Program-made: the position numbers and the translations under genes | In this document: positions 1-10,007 of the stretch, in pieces | How positions within the stretch are numbered: the first letter of the stretch is position 1 | Layout: every line of letters starts with the position of its first letter | The notes under the pieces: generated by a model | The model's input: only the letters and a program-made list of their open reading frames with translations | Told to the model about the DNA's origin: nothing | Database searches by the model: none | Assembly (NCBI GenBank): GCA_016776555.1 | Contig: JADHTF010000002.1 | Location: 63,857 to 127,856, forward strand | Direction: 5' to 3' | From: Chlorobium phaeobacteroides | GTDB taxonomy: Bacteria > Bacteroidota > Chlorobiia > Chlorobiales > Chlorobiaceae | DNA length: 64,000 nt

Positions 1-23
1 TTTAATATAAAGAGTTACCTAGA

Positions 24-1397
24 ATGATTGTTACCCTGAACCCCGCTAACGAAGAAGTGCTTGCCGAGTATCCGGTCATGACTTCTGCAGAGATTGACAG
101 GATTCTTGAAGCTTCGGAGAACGCCGCCCTTATCTGGAAAAAAATCCCGATCGATGAGCGAAAAATCGCGATGCATCGTCTTGCCGATCTGCTGAGGGAG
201 CAAAAAGAGATGCACGGGGCGATGATCAGCCGTGAGATGGGCAAACGCTATGCCGAGTCGGTCGCCGAGGTTGAAAAATGCGCATGGGTCTGTGATTATT
301 ACGCCGAACACGCGGAGGCCTTCCTGCAGCCTGAAAAGGTTGATATGGATGGCGGAGCCGGACTTGTGACCTTTGTCCCGCTTGGTGTCGTTCTCGGGGT
401 CATGCCCTGGAATTTTCCTTTCTGGCAGGTGATTCGTTTTGCGGCTGCGGTTATGATGGCAGGGAACGGTGTTGTCATCAAGCACGCTCCCAACGTGACC
501 GGATCGGCGATCGCGCTGGAAAACCTTTTTCGTGAAGCCGGTTTTCCCGTGAACCTGTACAGGACTTTGCATATAGATCTTGAAGATGTTGATCGCATGG
601 TCGGCCACATCATCGCTCATCCGGTGATCAAGGCTGTTTCGGTTACAGGCAGTACCGGTGCGGGAGTTGCCGTGGCGTCTAAAGCAGGCAGTGCGCTCAA
701 GAGAAGTGTTCTTGAACTGGGAGGTAATGATCCCTATCTGGTGCTCGATGATGCTGATCTTGATGAGGCCGTAGGGTTCTGTATCGCGTCCCGGCTTTTG
801 AACGCGGGTCAGAGTTGTATCGCCGCCAAGCGTTTTGTCGTTCACCGTTCTGTTACATCACGTTTCGAGCAAAAGCTGCTCGATACAATGAGCAAAAAGA
901 AAGTCGGGGATCCTTTTGATCCCGGCATACACATAGGGCCGATAGCGAGGAAAGATCTCAGAGACGCTCTCCACCTTCAGGTGGAGCAGAGCAGAGGGCT
1001 CGGGGCAAAGGTCCTTTGCGGAGGCGAGATTCCTGACAGAAAAGGCTTTTTTTATCCGCCGACGATTGTTACGGATGTCTCTGCGGATATGGCGGTCTAT
1101 AGTGAAGAGACATTCGGGCCGGTCGCGACGATTCTTGAAGCACGGGATGACGATGATGCCGTCAGGATCGCCAATGACAGCCCTTTCGGTCTTGGATCAG
1201 CGGTTTTTTCCGGTGATCCTGACCGCGCCAGACGGGTCGCCGCCAGGCTGGATGCCGGAAACTGCTGTATCAATTCGATGGTAAAGTCAGACCCTCGTCT
1301 GCCTTTTGGCGGGATTAAACAGTCAGGTTACGGCCGTGAACTTTCCAGCTACGGTATTCGGGAGTTCGTCAATATCAAATCGATCTATATCGCTTAG
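24..1397 (+). CDS. NAD(P)-dependent succinate-semialdehyde dehydrogenase-like aldehyde dehydrogenase
   Basis: 457 aa; ALDH motifs VMPWNFPFWQ, TGSTGAG, LELGGNDP, NAGQSCIA (catalytic Cys), EETFGPV, PFGGIKQSGYGRE. Confidence 0.9.
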   Translation: MIVTLNPANEEVLAEYPVMTSAEIDRILEASENAALIWKKIPIDERKIAMHRLADLLREQKEMHGAMISREMGKRYAESVAEVEKCAWVCDYYAEHAEAFLQPEKVDMDGGAGLVTFVPLGVVLGVMPWNFPFWQVIRFAAAVMMAGNGVVIKHAPNVTGSAIALENLFREAGFPVNLYRTLHIDLEDVDRMVGHIIAHPVIKAVSVTGSTGAGVAVASKAGSALKRSVLELGGNDPYLVLDDADLDEAVGFCIASRLLNAGQSCIAAKRFVVHRSVTSRFEQKLLDTMSKKKVGDPFDPGIHIGPIARKDLRDALHLQVEQSRGLGAKVLCGGEIPDRKGFFYPPTIVTDVSADMAVYSEETFGPVATILEARDDDDAVRIANDSPFGLGSAVFSGDPDRARRVAARLDAGNCCINSMVKSDPRLPFGGIKQSGYGRELSSYGIREFVNIKSIYIA

Positions 1398-1469
1398 CGC
1401 TTATCGGCAGAGCCGGATTTTTATCGTGAGGTATTTGGGGGGCGTCGATCTTTTTTGCGGAGGGGATTG

Positions 1470-2708
1470 TCAGTGTACATCTGTCTCGATCTCAAACAGG
1501 TATTTTTTTATGGTTTTTCCTTTTTCAAGACCGAGCTTTTTATGCAGCCTGTAGCGTAAACTTTCAGCTCCGCGGGGATTAACGCCCAGTGCATTGGCTA
1601 TTCCGTTGTTACTGTGGTTATATTTTATCAGGAGACAGGTTTTCAGTTCCCGTTCGGTGAGAGAGGGGTGTTTTTGTTGCAGAGCGGCTATAAAGGCGGC
1701 ATCTTCCGGTGTTAATGAAGCCGCATGGTGTTCATCTCCCTCAGTGCTGTCAGCAAGTTTGCTCAGGAGTTCAGTGATCTGTTTTCTTGTTTTCTCGTCA
1801 AAGCCTGCCTGCTCCATAAAATTAATCAGCTGACGGCTCGGTTCCAGGCTCCGGTTCATTGTTGCCTTGAGTCGCCTGAGTTCAGCATCATTTGATTCTA
1901 TGCGGTTTGTCAGCGAAGCTCTTTTGCGGTCAAGCTGAGACTCAAGCGAGTTGTTCATGGCTGTCTGAGCGTTGAACTGAATGGCTTTGTCAGTGATTTT
2001 CCTGTTAAAAGACTCTTTGCGTTCCTGACATTTCTCCATGTGTTGCCGCTGCATTTCCCTGAGATCCTGCTGAAATGCTTCAAGCGCTTTGAAATAGGGA
2101 TATAACGGATTGTTGCTGTCAGGAATGATCATCGGGTGGTTAAGGAGGTCTAACCAGCTGAGCTTGGCTAAAGAAGAGAAAAACTCCTTTTTCAGGGTAC
2201 GGTACTCCTCATCTTCACTTGTGCAGGTTGCTTCACTTTCACTTCCGGCACGTTCTGCATCCGGCTTCAGAATCATGTCCATCGCCTCACGATAATCACT
2301 GGAGATGACAACGCTTGACCTGGAGGGAGCAATGGAAGCAAATGTTTCAAGTATGGGGACGATCTCCTTTTTTGCGCTATAGAGGACAAGCGTCTTGAAC
2401 GGCGGGCCTGAATTGTAGAAAAAGTCTACGATACTTTTTTTACAGGTAAACGATATCTTTTCCACCTGGCTCAGATCGAACAGCAGGTTGAATGGTTTAC
2501 CGGAAAGACTGTTCTGGCTGAGAACGCTCATAAACAGTTCTTTGTCGATGTATTCCATGACAACAGCTTCATTGGACACGATCTCTCCATGAATAATATC
2601 ATGTCCGATAAGACTGAATTTTGTGCTGTAGCCCTGACGGTGATGATCGGCTTTCCAGTGCTGTTGATGTAGTACAGGCAGTCCTGTACACGGGCATGTT
2701 GACTTCAT
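1470..2708 (-). CDS. LuxR-type HTH transcriptional regulator with uncharacterised N-terminal domain (paralog 1, subtype B)
   Basis: 412 aa; C-terminal HPSLTERELKTCLLIK...IANALGVNPRGAESLRYRLHKKLGL; central coiled coil; paralogous to the three adjacent genes. Confidence 0.8.
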   Translation of the reverse strand: MKSTCPCTGLPVLHQQHWKADHHRQGYSTKFSLIGHDIIHGEIVSNEAVVMEYIDKELFMSVLSQNSLSGKPFNLLFDLSQVEKISFTCKKSIVDFFYNSGPPFKTLVLYSAKKEIVPILETFASIAPSRSSVVISSDYREAMDMILKPDAERAGSESEATCTSEDEEYRTLKKEFFSSLAKLSWLDLLNHPMIIPDSNNPLYPYFKALEAFQQDLREMQRQHMEKCQERKESFNRKITDKAIQFNAQTAMNNSLESQLDRKRASLTNRIESNDAELRRLKATMNRSLEPSRQLINFMEQAGFDEKTRKQITELLSKLADSTEGDEHHAASLTPEDAAFIAALQQKHPSLTERELKTCLLIKYNHSNNGIANALGVNPRGAESLRYRLHKKLGLEKGKTIKKYLFEIETDVH

Positions 2709-2765
2709 AAGCAGAGCTGTTCTTGCTGGTGAGTCCGGACGTTATTTTCTTCGGGATTGAAATTC

Positions 2766-3989
2766 CTACGAAATGATAAGATTCGTAAGATAGTTTTTTA
2801 TCGACTGATGCTTGGAGAGCCCCAGCTTTTTATGCATCCTGTAACGGATGCTTTCAAGTCCCCTTGTCGAGATACCTATTGTTCTCGCGATCTCTCTGGT
2901 ATCGTAGTTCAGTTTGATGAGCAGACATATTCGCAGATCTCTCTGGTTAAGGTTCGGATGTTTACGCTGCAGCTTGGAGAGAAATTCAGAGTCGGTTACA
3001 GAAAGATCTGTATTGATCTGCTTTTCAATGGTTTCTGTTTCTATCATTTTGGAACATGAATCGATCAGTTCTTTTTTCATGGCTGCATCGATATCCAGTC
3101 CGAATATCTTTTCCCTGAGGGAGAGCAAGGTGGCGGTTTTTTCCGCTACAGCTGTGGAGACTCTTGTGAGTTCCATATCCTGCGAGGCGATACGGGAACG
3201 CAGTGCCGCTTTCTCCCGGCTGAACTGATTTTTAAGCTGATGATTCAGCTCGAGCTGGGCATTGAGGAGGATCTTTTTCTCCGAGATAGTTTTCTCGGCC
3301 TTTATGTCCCCCAGCCTTCTTTCCTCGGCAGAGAGTTGTTCAATTGCCAGCAGATCGGACTGCAATGATTCGAGAGCCTTGAAAAACGGATAGAGAAGCT
3401 CATCATGGTCAGGCAGGTTGATCGGCTGATTGAGCATATTCATCCAGCCGATTCGTGCCGTGGCGGCAAGGAACTCTTTTTTTCTCAGAACGTAGAGCTC
3501 ATCTTCATGGTCTTCACACGTCTCGGATGGGACAATACCTGACTTGATGTTTTTTACAGCCTGTAGCGCGTCTTCGTAGGAATCGACCATCAGGACCGGT
3601 GTGCTTTGAGGGACAATGGAAGCAAATGTTTCGACAGTTGTCTCAAATTCAGGGGAGATATTGAAAAAAACGATCAGTTTGTAATAGGGCTGCCATTGGT
3701 AGACAAGCCGTGTGAGTTTCTGTTTGTAGGTATATGAAATGTCCTTGACGTTGCTGAGGTCGCGAAGCAGGTACACCAGTTTGTCTTTGAGCCCTGTTTC
3801 ATCAAGAACCATCTGAAAGAGAGACTGGTCTCTGGTTTCGATGCAGATTTCCCCGTCAGACTCGTAATAGGTTAACAGGATATCATCGCCAATTTTTCTT
3901 ATGCGCGTTGTATACTTCTGATCGGGATGGTCGATTTTCCAGTGAGGTTTCTCTGTGACCTGCAAGTTTGATTCCTGTTGGCTTTTCAT
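2766..3989 (-). CDS. LuxR-type HTH transcriptional regulator (paralog 2, subtype A)
   Basis: 407 aa; HPNLNQRDLRICLLIKLNYDTREIARTIGISTRGLESIRYRMHKKLGL. Confidence 0.8.
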   Translation of the reverse strand: MKSQQESNLQVTEKPHWKIDHPDQKYTTRIRKIGDDILLTYYESDGEICIETRDQSLFQMVLDETGLKDKLVYLLRDLSNVKDISYTYKQKLTRLVYQWQPYYKLIVFFNISPEFETTVETFASIVPQSTPVLMVDSYEDALQAVKNIKSGIVPSETCEDHEDELYVLRKKEFLAATARIGWMNMLNQPINLPDHDELLYPFFKALESLQSDLLAIEQLSAEERRLGDIKAEKTISEKKILLNAQLELNHQLKNQFSREKAALRSRIASQDMELTRVSTAVAEKTATLLSLREKIFGLDIDAAMKKELIDSCSKMIETETIEKQINTDLSVTDSEFLSKLQRKHPNLNQRDLRICLLIKLNYDTREIARTIGISTRGLESIRYRMHKKLGLSKHQSIKNYLTNLIIS

Positions 3990-4170
3990 GTGACGTAGAC
4001 GGATGGAGTTTACGGTAGAACTGTTTGGCGTATTATAAAGGTAAGAATACGCTTTTTCTTCTCTTCATACAACTTTGTTGTTCCGGTAATTGCCGTAACC
4101 TTCCTGTTTGTCCCCGGGCGCAGCTTTTTCTGCAGGGGACTACGGCATGTTAGTACCTGTTTGTAGCGGT

Positions 4171-5403
4171 TCAGGCGAGAGCCTGAGCTTCAACAGCAAG
4201 TGCGGCGAGGTGGTTTTTGAGTGACTGGTTTTTGTTCAGGCCTATTTTTTTATGCATGCGGTATCGTAGACTTTCCATACCCCGTTTTGAAATGCCATAC
4301 TGATCGGCGATATCGTTATTGTCATAATTCTGCTTGATCAGCAGGCAGATTTTAAGTTCTCTGTTGTTGAGATGGGGATATTTTCTTTTGAGAAGCGAAA
4401 GGAGGATGGAGTCCGTTTCGGTGAGCGGCAGATCTATCTGCCGTTCGTTTCGATGGGTTTCAAGGAGGGTTTCGCTGAGGGTCAGGAGCTGCCTTTTTTG
4501 TTCCGGAGGCACTGAAAGACGGCTCATTTCAAGCGAAAGTGATTGCAGCGCCAGGTTCCGGTTCTGCAATGAGGCACTGATATAGATCGATTCGTTTTTT
4601 CGTAACGCAAGTGTGTTGGTCAGCCCGGATTTTTCCTTTTCAAACTCTAGATGAAGCTGTCGCTGGTTATTCTCGAATGCGCTGATTTCCGCGTCCATAG
4701 CGCGTGCTTTTTCTTCATAGAATAGTACGAGTTCGCGTTTTTTCTTTTCATGATTGTTTTCCTGGGCGGCGATATCTTCCTGCAGGAAAGAGAGCGCGCT
4801 GAAAAAAGGATAGAGTTCATGATTCGCGGGAGGCAGGTGTATTTTCTGTCCGAGCATCTTGAGCCATCCGATCATTGCAGAGGCCCTGAGGAATTGATTT
4901 TTCAGGTGTTCAAACTCGTTGTTTTCAGTATGATCTGTTTGCGGGTTTTTTCCTGAAATATGGTTCAGCGTTTCCTTTACGGCCGCGGCGTAACTTTCGG
5001 CAAGATACAAATGCATGGTGGACGGGAATATGGACCGAATGCTTTCCACGGTAGTCACGAATTCCGGCGCGACATTAAAAAACACCACACTGCTCAGGGG
5101 GGGCTGTATATTGTAGAGAAAATTGACTATACCGTGCTTGTAGGAATAGGCGATCTGTTTTACTTTCTCCAGGTTCCATATGACATGAAACGGCTTTCCT
5201 TTCAGGCCTGAATCCTCAAGCACTTTCATGACGAGGTTCAGTTCAAATTCTTCAAGTCTGACAGGCTCTTCAGCGTCTACCCGGATATACAGGACATTCC
5301 TGCCGATCCGTTTGATTCGGGTCGAGTAGTGTGCAGCATGATTGTTGTATGCCCAGTAGGGGTTCGATATAATTTCTTCTCCTGAAACCTTGCAGCGCTC
5401 CAT
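4171..5403 (-). CDS. LuxR-type HTH transcriptional regulator (paralog 3, subtype B)
   Basis: 410 aa; YPHLNNRELKICLLIKQNYDNNDIADQYGISKRGMESLRYRMHKKIGL. Confidence 0.8.
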   Translation of the reverse strand: MERCKVSGEEIISNPYWAYNNHAAHYSTRIKRIGRNVLYIRVDAEEPVRLEEFELNLVMKVLEDSGLKGKPFHVIWNLEKVKQIAYSYKHGIVNFLYNIQPPLSSVVFFNVAPEFVTTVESIRSIFPSTMHLYLAESYAAAVKETLNHISGKNPQTDHTENNEFEHLKNQFLRASAMIGWLKMLGQKIHLPPANHELYPFFSALSFLQEDIAAQENNHEKKKRELVLFYEEKARAMDAEISAFENNQRQLHLEFEKEKSGLTNTLALRKNESIYISASLQNRNLALQSLSLEMSRLSVPPEQKRQLLTLSETLLETHRNERQIDLPLTETDSILLSLLKRKYPHLNNRELKICLLIKQNYDNNDIADQYGISKRGMESLRYRMHKKIGLNKNQSLKNHLAALAVEAQALA

Positions 5404-5477
5404 GACGTGATTTTAGTTTTTATTGTAGTAACGCCGGTGTCGACCGGATGTGAACAGGGTAGGTGTGTTTACTTATG

Positions 5478-5502
5478 CGTACCGCATGTGTCATGCGGTA
5501 CG
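5478..5502. other. Perfect 11 bp-stem hairpin between regulator paralogs 4 and 3
   Basis: CGTACCGCATG-TGT-CATGCGGTACG; no clear U-tract on the minus strand. Confidence 0.5.
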
Positions 5503-5544
5503 GAGCTGCTGACCCTGGCTTTTCGGTAGTTGAGCGCGCTGCTT

Positions 5545-6780
5545 TCAGTCTCTCTGCATGATCAGTTCAGTGAGATAGCTTTTAAGGGACTGGTGTTTTG
5601 ACAGCCCTACTTTTTTGTGCATTCTGTAGCGAATGCTTTCCATTCCCCGGGTAGAAATACCCACTGAACGCGCGATATCCCTTGTGTTGTAATTCAGCTT
5701 TATCAGCAGGCAGATTCGTAGTTCCCGCTGGTTCAGGTTAGGGTGTTTTTTCTGGAGTTTTGACAGGAACTCGGAATCAGTTGTCGTAAGCTCAATATTG
5801 AGTCTCTTTTCTATAAGCTCGGTGTCGATCATGTTTGAGCATATATCGATCATGGTTCTTTTTTGACTCTGGTCGATATCCAGCGTGGTGATCAGGTCGA
5901 GAAGCTGGCGAAGGGCCGATGTTTTTTCAACAACCGCTGTAGATATCCTCGTAAGCTCCATCTCCTGCGTGGCGATTCTTGCTGTGAGTGCCGATTTTTC
6001 CTTTTCCAGCTGATTTTTGAGCTTTTTATACAGTTCCTTCTGTGCGTTGAGCAGAATATTTTTTTCGGTAAGAGTTTTTTCGCCGTCCTGTTCAATCTGT
6101 CTCAGTTCCTGTTCCTTATTGCGTGATATTTCCAGAAGATCGCTCTGAAGATGACTGATCGCCTGGAAAAAGGGGAGCAGTTTGTCGTCGTTTGACGGCA
6201 TGGGAATGCTCTGTTCCATCATGTCAAGCCAGGAAATTCTGGCAAGTGCAGCAAGAAACTCATTTTTCTGAAGTTCGTATTTCTCTTCCTCGGCACTTTC
6301 ATAGATTGTGTCAACAGGTAATCCTTCTTTCCAGGCCAAAGTCGTGTTTACAGCTTCGGTATAGTTTTGCTTGATGAGTACCGTCATATCTTCAGGTACC
6401 ATTGCGGCAAACGTTTGGACCAGTGTCATGCACACGGGCTCCACGTTAAAGAAGACGACAATGCCGAAGTGTACTCTGCGGTTATAGATAAGGTTGGCAA
6501 TCTGTTTTTTATACGTCAGCGAAATATTGGTAATGTGCTTCATGTTCCATAAGAGGCAGACAGGCTTGTTCCCGATCTTCGAATCCTGCAGTACAGTCTG
6601 AAGCATGTCGATGTTCATGGTGTCAAGAGAAATGTCATGATCTGTTTCTATGCTATAGAGAATAACGTCATTTCCGAGACGTTTAACGACTTTCTGATAC
6701 CCGTTGTTACTGTCTTTATGAAGGGTTCGCCAGTTCGGGTTTTCGGTTATTTCCATATTTGATACTGTACAGGTACTCAT
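5545..6780 (-). CDS. LuxR-type HTH transcriptional regulator (paralog 4, subtype A)
   Basis: 411 aa; HPNLNQRELRICLLIKLNYNTRDIARSVGISTRGMESIRYRMHKKVGL. Confidence 0.8.
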   Translation of the reverse strand: MSTCTVSNMEITENPNWRTLHKDSNNGYQKVVKRLGNDVILYSIETDHDISLDTMNIDMLQTVLQDSKIGNKPVCLLWNMKHITNISLTYKKQIANLIYNRRVHFGIVVFFNVEPVCMTLVQTFAAMVPEDMTVLIKQNYTEAVNTTLAWKEGLPVDTIYESAEEEKYELQKNEFLAALARISWLDMMEQSIPMPSNDDKLLPFFQAISHLQSDLLEISRNKEQELRQIEQDGEKTLTEKNILLNAQKELYKKLKNQLEKEKSALTARIATQEMELTRISTAVVEKTSALRQLLDLITTLDIDQSQKRTMIDICSNMIDTELIEKRLNIELTTTDSEFLSKLQKKHPNLNQRELRICLLIKLNYNTRDIARSVGISTRGMESIRYRMHKKVGLSKHQSLKSYLTELIMQRD

Positions 6781-6818
6781 GATGTATTTGTTACTTAAGG
6801 CATTTGAAACTCATATGC

Positions 6819-6865
6819 GCATAAAAAGTACTTTCGCTGGTGTGTGAATTGATGTACTTTTATGC
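6819..6865. promoter_or_regulatory. Inverted repeat in divergent promoter region (candidate operator)
   Basis: GCATAAAAAGTAC (6819-6831) ... GTACTTTTATGC (6854-6865), about 40 bp upstream of paralog 4. Confidence 0.3.
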
Positions 6866-7073
6866 ATAATAGGTATTCTTTTTGTTTTTGTAAAGAAATA
6901 TTGGAGGATTTTGTCTTAAATACACCACGGCGGTAGCGTGGTGAGGGCTCCCGGTGATGCCCATGAATGCCGTTCAGGAGTGGGTCAGTGATCGCTATGC
7001 TCTGATTGTGTGAAATGTTCCGAGTCGTTTATATTGACTATCGTTAGTGTCCGTGAACTATCGATGTTTTACT

Positions 7074-7544
7074 ATGAAGCATGCACTGCTGTTTGTCTGT
7101 TATGAAAATATATGCCGTTCGCCAATGGCCGAAGGGATTTTTTCGAGGCTTGTTGCGGAGGGAATGAGTCATGATCTGTTTACCGTGGCATCAGCCGGAA
7201 CGGTCTGTTCCCAGAAAGGAGAACCGCCTGACAGTCGGGCAGTCTCAACCGCATTAGCGCACGGGATTGATATTTCAGCACAAAGGGCCCGCTGTATCCA
7301 CGATATGGAGATTGACCGGTTTACGAAGATATTTGTCATGGACGTGGACAACTACCATGATGTTATCCGGTACGGTAACTCCATGAGTGAGTCCCTTCCG
7401 GTAACTATGGTGGCCGATTACCTGGCGGATTCTGCTGTGGACACGATTGAGGATCCCTACTACGGGACAACAGATGATTTTATGTCGGTGTATTACCTTC
7501 TCTCTGAGGCATTGGGTAATATTTACAAGGAATTATCGCCTTGA
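7074..7544 (+). CDS. Low molecular weight protein-tyrosine phosphatase
   Basis: P-loop FVCYENICRSPMAE, SAGT and IEDPYYG; ATG at 7074 preferred to GTG 7047. Confidence 0.9.
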   Translation: MKHALLFVCYENICRSPMAEGIFSRLVAEGMSHDLFTVASAGTVCSQKGEPPDSRAVSTALAHGIDISAQRARCIHDMEIDRFTKIFVMDVDNYHDVIRYGNSMSESLPVTMVADYLADSAVDTIEDPYYGTTDDFMSVYYLLSEALGNIYKELSP

Positions 7545-8440
7545 TAAAAAAGACAACCTTTATCATCAATCCGGCCGCTGATAAAGGCCGGGCGGCGCTC
7601 AAGATGGTCGATGTCGAGAGGGCGGTTGCCGGGGCGCTGCACGCGTCGGTGTACAGAAGCGATTATTCCGGCCATACATCGGTTATTGCCGGCAAGGCGC
7701 TTTTTGACAGCAGAGCGGTTGTTGCCTGCGGAGGTGACGGAACGGCTCACGAGATTGCAAATGTTCTGGCCTATACCGATGTACGTCTGGGCATACTTCC
7801 ATCGGGTTCCGCAAATGATTTCATGAAGTCATTCGATCACCGGTTTGCATGTGACTATCCGGTTGAAGCGTATCTGGATGCTGACTCAGTTCCTGTGGAT
7901 CTCGGAAGGGTCAATGGTGAGGGGGAATTTCAGCGGTATTTTCTGAATTCTTTTGGTCTCGGGCTTACAGGAAGAATCGCCGGCAAGGTACGAAATACGA
8001 AATGGCTCAAGGGGGAGCTTGTTTACCTTAATGCTTTGCTTGGTGTACTGTCAGGCTATACACCGCCAAAAATGCATATTAAGCTCATTACCCCTGAAAG
8101 TACCATAGAGATCAGTGAGCCGATATTTGCGTTTTCAATTGGAAACGGGCGTATCGAGGGAGGAAAGTTTCATATTGCTCCGGAAGCTGAACTCAATGAC
8201 GGTCTGCTCGATGTTTGTATACTGAAATCCGTTCCGAAAGTACAGTTTATTGCATACGCTTTGAAATATACCCGCGGTACCCAGATCTTCGATTCTCAGG
8301 TCATCTACAGTAAGGTCAGGGCGGTAGAGCTTGAGCTTTTTGAGCCTGAGACCATGCACATGGATGGTGAAGTGTTTGAGGATGTTTGCGGAAAAATCAG
8401 CATTGAAAACGCTCCTTCCTGCTTAAACGTGCTGTGTTGA
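7541..8440 (+). CDS. Diacylglycerol/lipid kinase family protein (YegS/DgkB-like)
   Basis: IINPAA, CGGDGT, PSGSANDF, DGLLDV, HMDGE motifs; overlaps the PTP stop by 4 bp. Confidence 0.85.
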   Translation: MIKKTTFIINPAADKGRAALKMVDVERAVAGALHASVYRSDYSGHTSVIAGKALFDSRAVVACGGDGTAHEIANVLAYTDVRLGILPSGSANDFMKSFDHRFACDYPVEAYLDADSVPVDLGRVNGEGEFQRYFLNSFGLGLTGRIAGKVRNTKWLKGELVYLNALLGVLSGYTPPKMHIKLITPESTIEISEPIFAFSIGNGRIEGGKFHIAPEAELNDGLLDVCILKSVPKVQFIAYALKYTRGTQIFDSQVIYSKVRAVELELFEPETMHMDGEVFEDVCGKISIENAPSCLNVLC

Positions 8441-8578
8441 GCCGGAAGCCGTGAGCAGGAATGCAGAAGATCGACGGGAGAAGCAGGAGTGTGCATGCCG
8501 ATTGCATGGTTCAGGGCGGTTGACGCCATAAAGCATGTGTTGAAACGATCAACGTAGGTAATTAACAAGTTTCGTTGT

Positions 8579-9832
8579 ATGCAGATAGTCATATTCGAAG
8601 ACGAGAAAGTTCACGGGTTTCACCCGCTGGTGCATTTCAAGCCTGTTTACGGCCTGTTTACCGGATGCAGGAATCTTTTGCAGAAGTTTTGTTTTTACCT
8701 GGGCGCCGATGTTACATTTTCCTGCCATCTTCGCCGTTATCTCCAACCCTATTACCGTTCTCATCTTCCGGTTTTTCAGCCCGGTGTCGATCCGCAGAGA
8801 GATATTCTGCTGGTAAACGGTCGATTGTTGTGTGATGAGAAAGCGGCAACCATCATACGTGATCATCCCCCCGATCCCGGCCAGTGTCTGATGCAGGGAG
8901 ACGAACTTGTCCTCGCGAGAGTCAATGAGGCCCGTATTGTGTCAGCTGATAACATGCTTCCTGATTATTTCGATACGCAACAGCTGGCAGCAGAAAGTGA
9001 GACCGTCGTTGCGGAGGGATTCAGGTTGCTGCGAAATATCTGGGACCCGGTCGCTTTTCATCCTGGAGAGCTGCATCGTGAAGCTTTTTCACTCGAGCTC
9101 GGAAGCATCTCCGGCAGAGTCTCGTCACGCGCGGGCCTGGAGAATCCGGAAAGTATATTTATCGGTGAGGGAGCTGTGATCAAGGCGGGAGCCCTGCTGG
9201 ATGCTGAAGAGGGATTTGTGTATGTGAGTCCCGGCGCGGTCGTGGAGCCTCAGGTGGTTCTTGCAGGAAACGTTTTCGCGGGTGAGTTCTCCTGTGTCAG
9301 GACCGGAGCGAATCTGCACAGCAATGTCTTTGTCGGCAGGGCGTCAAAAGCCGGGGGTGAGATAGAGGATGCCGTTATAGAGCCCTATGCGAACAAACAG
9401 CATGAGGGTTTTCTCGGTCACTCGTATATCTCTTCGTGGTGTAATCTCGGGGCGGGAACAAATACATCGGATTTGAGGAACAACTACGGCAAAGTAAAGC
9501 TACAGGTTGAAAATAAGGAGTTTCGCACCGGTGAGCAGTTCCTCGGGCTTCTTATGGGAGAGCATACGAAGTGTTCTATTAACTCGATGTTCAATACCGG
9601 TACCGTCGCAGGCGCTTCTTCAAATATTTTCGGTGGCGGATTTCCTCCTAAATATATACCTTCTTTTTCCTGGGGAGGGCCCGGATCGGGTTTTCAGCCC
9701 TATGAGATAGAAAAAGCGGTTGCAACCGCACGTGTTGTTATGGGCCGCCGAAATATCAGGATGTGCGATGCCTACGAGACAATGTTCCGTTATGTCGCGG
9801 CTGTTGAACAGGATAGTGGTACCGCTGTGTAG
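8579..9832 (+). CDS. GlmU-like sugar nucleotidyl/acyltransferase with left-handed beta-helix
   Basis: 417 aa; hexapeptide repeats, NKQHEGFLGHSYISSWCNLGAGTNTSDL, GEQFLGLLMGEH. Confidence 0.75.
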   Translation: MQIVIFEDEKVHGFHPLVHFKPVYGLFTGCRNLLQKFCFYLGADVTFSCHLRRYLQPYYRSHLPVFQPGVDPQRDILLVNGRLLCDEKAATIIRDHPPDPGQCLMQGDELVLARVNEARIVSADNMLPDYFDTQQLAAESETVVAEGFRLLRNIWDPVAFHPGELHREAFSLELGSISGRVSSRAGLENPESIFIGEGAVIKAGALLDAEEGFVYVSPGAVVEPQVVLAGNVFAGEFSCVRTGANLHSNVFVGRASKAGGEIEDAVIEPYANKQHEGFLGHSYISSWCNLGAGTNTSDLRNNYGKVKLQVENKEFRTGEQFLGLLMGEHTKCSINSMFNTGTVAGASSNIFGGGFPPKYIPSFSWGGPGSGFQPYEIEKAVATARVVMGRRNIRMCDAYETMFRYVAAVEQDSGTAV

Positions 9833-10007
9833 TTTCCGGTCTTTCCGCATTTGTTTTTTCATTATGTTATGCTCTTGTCGGGCTTGCTGTCGTCTCAATT
9901 GCAGTGATTTGAGTTCCGGAAAAAATGGATTGACCGGGAAATACGATGATTTCGCTTTCCGCTCAACGCATCAGCATTTCAACATCTTTTAAAAGCTCTC
10001 AGTACAG

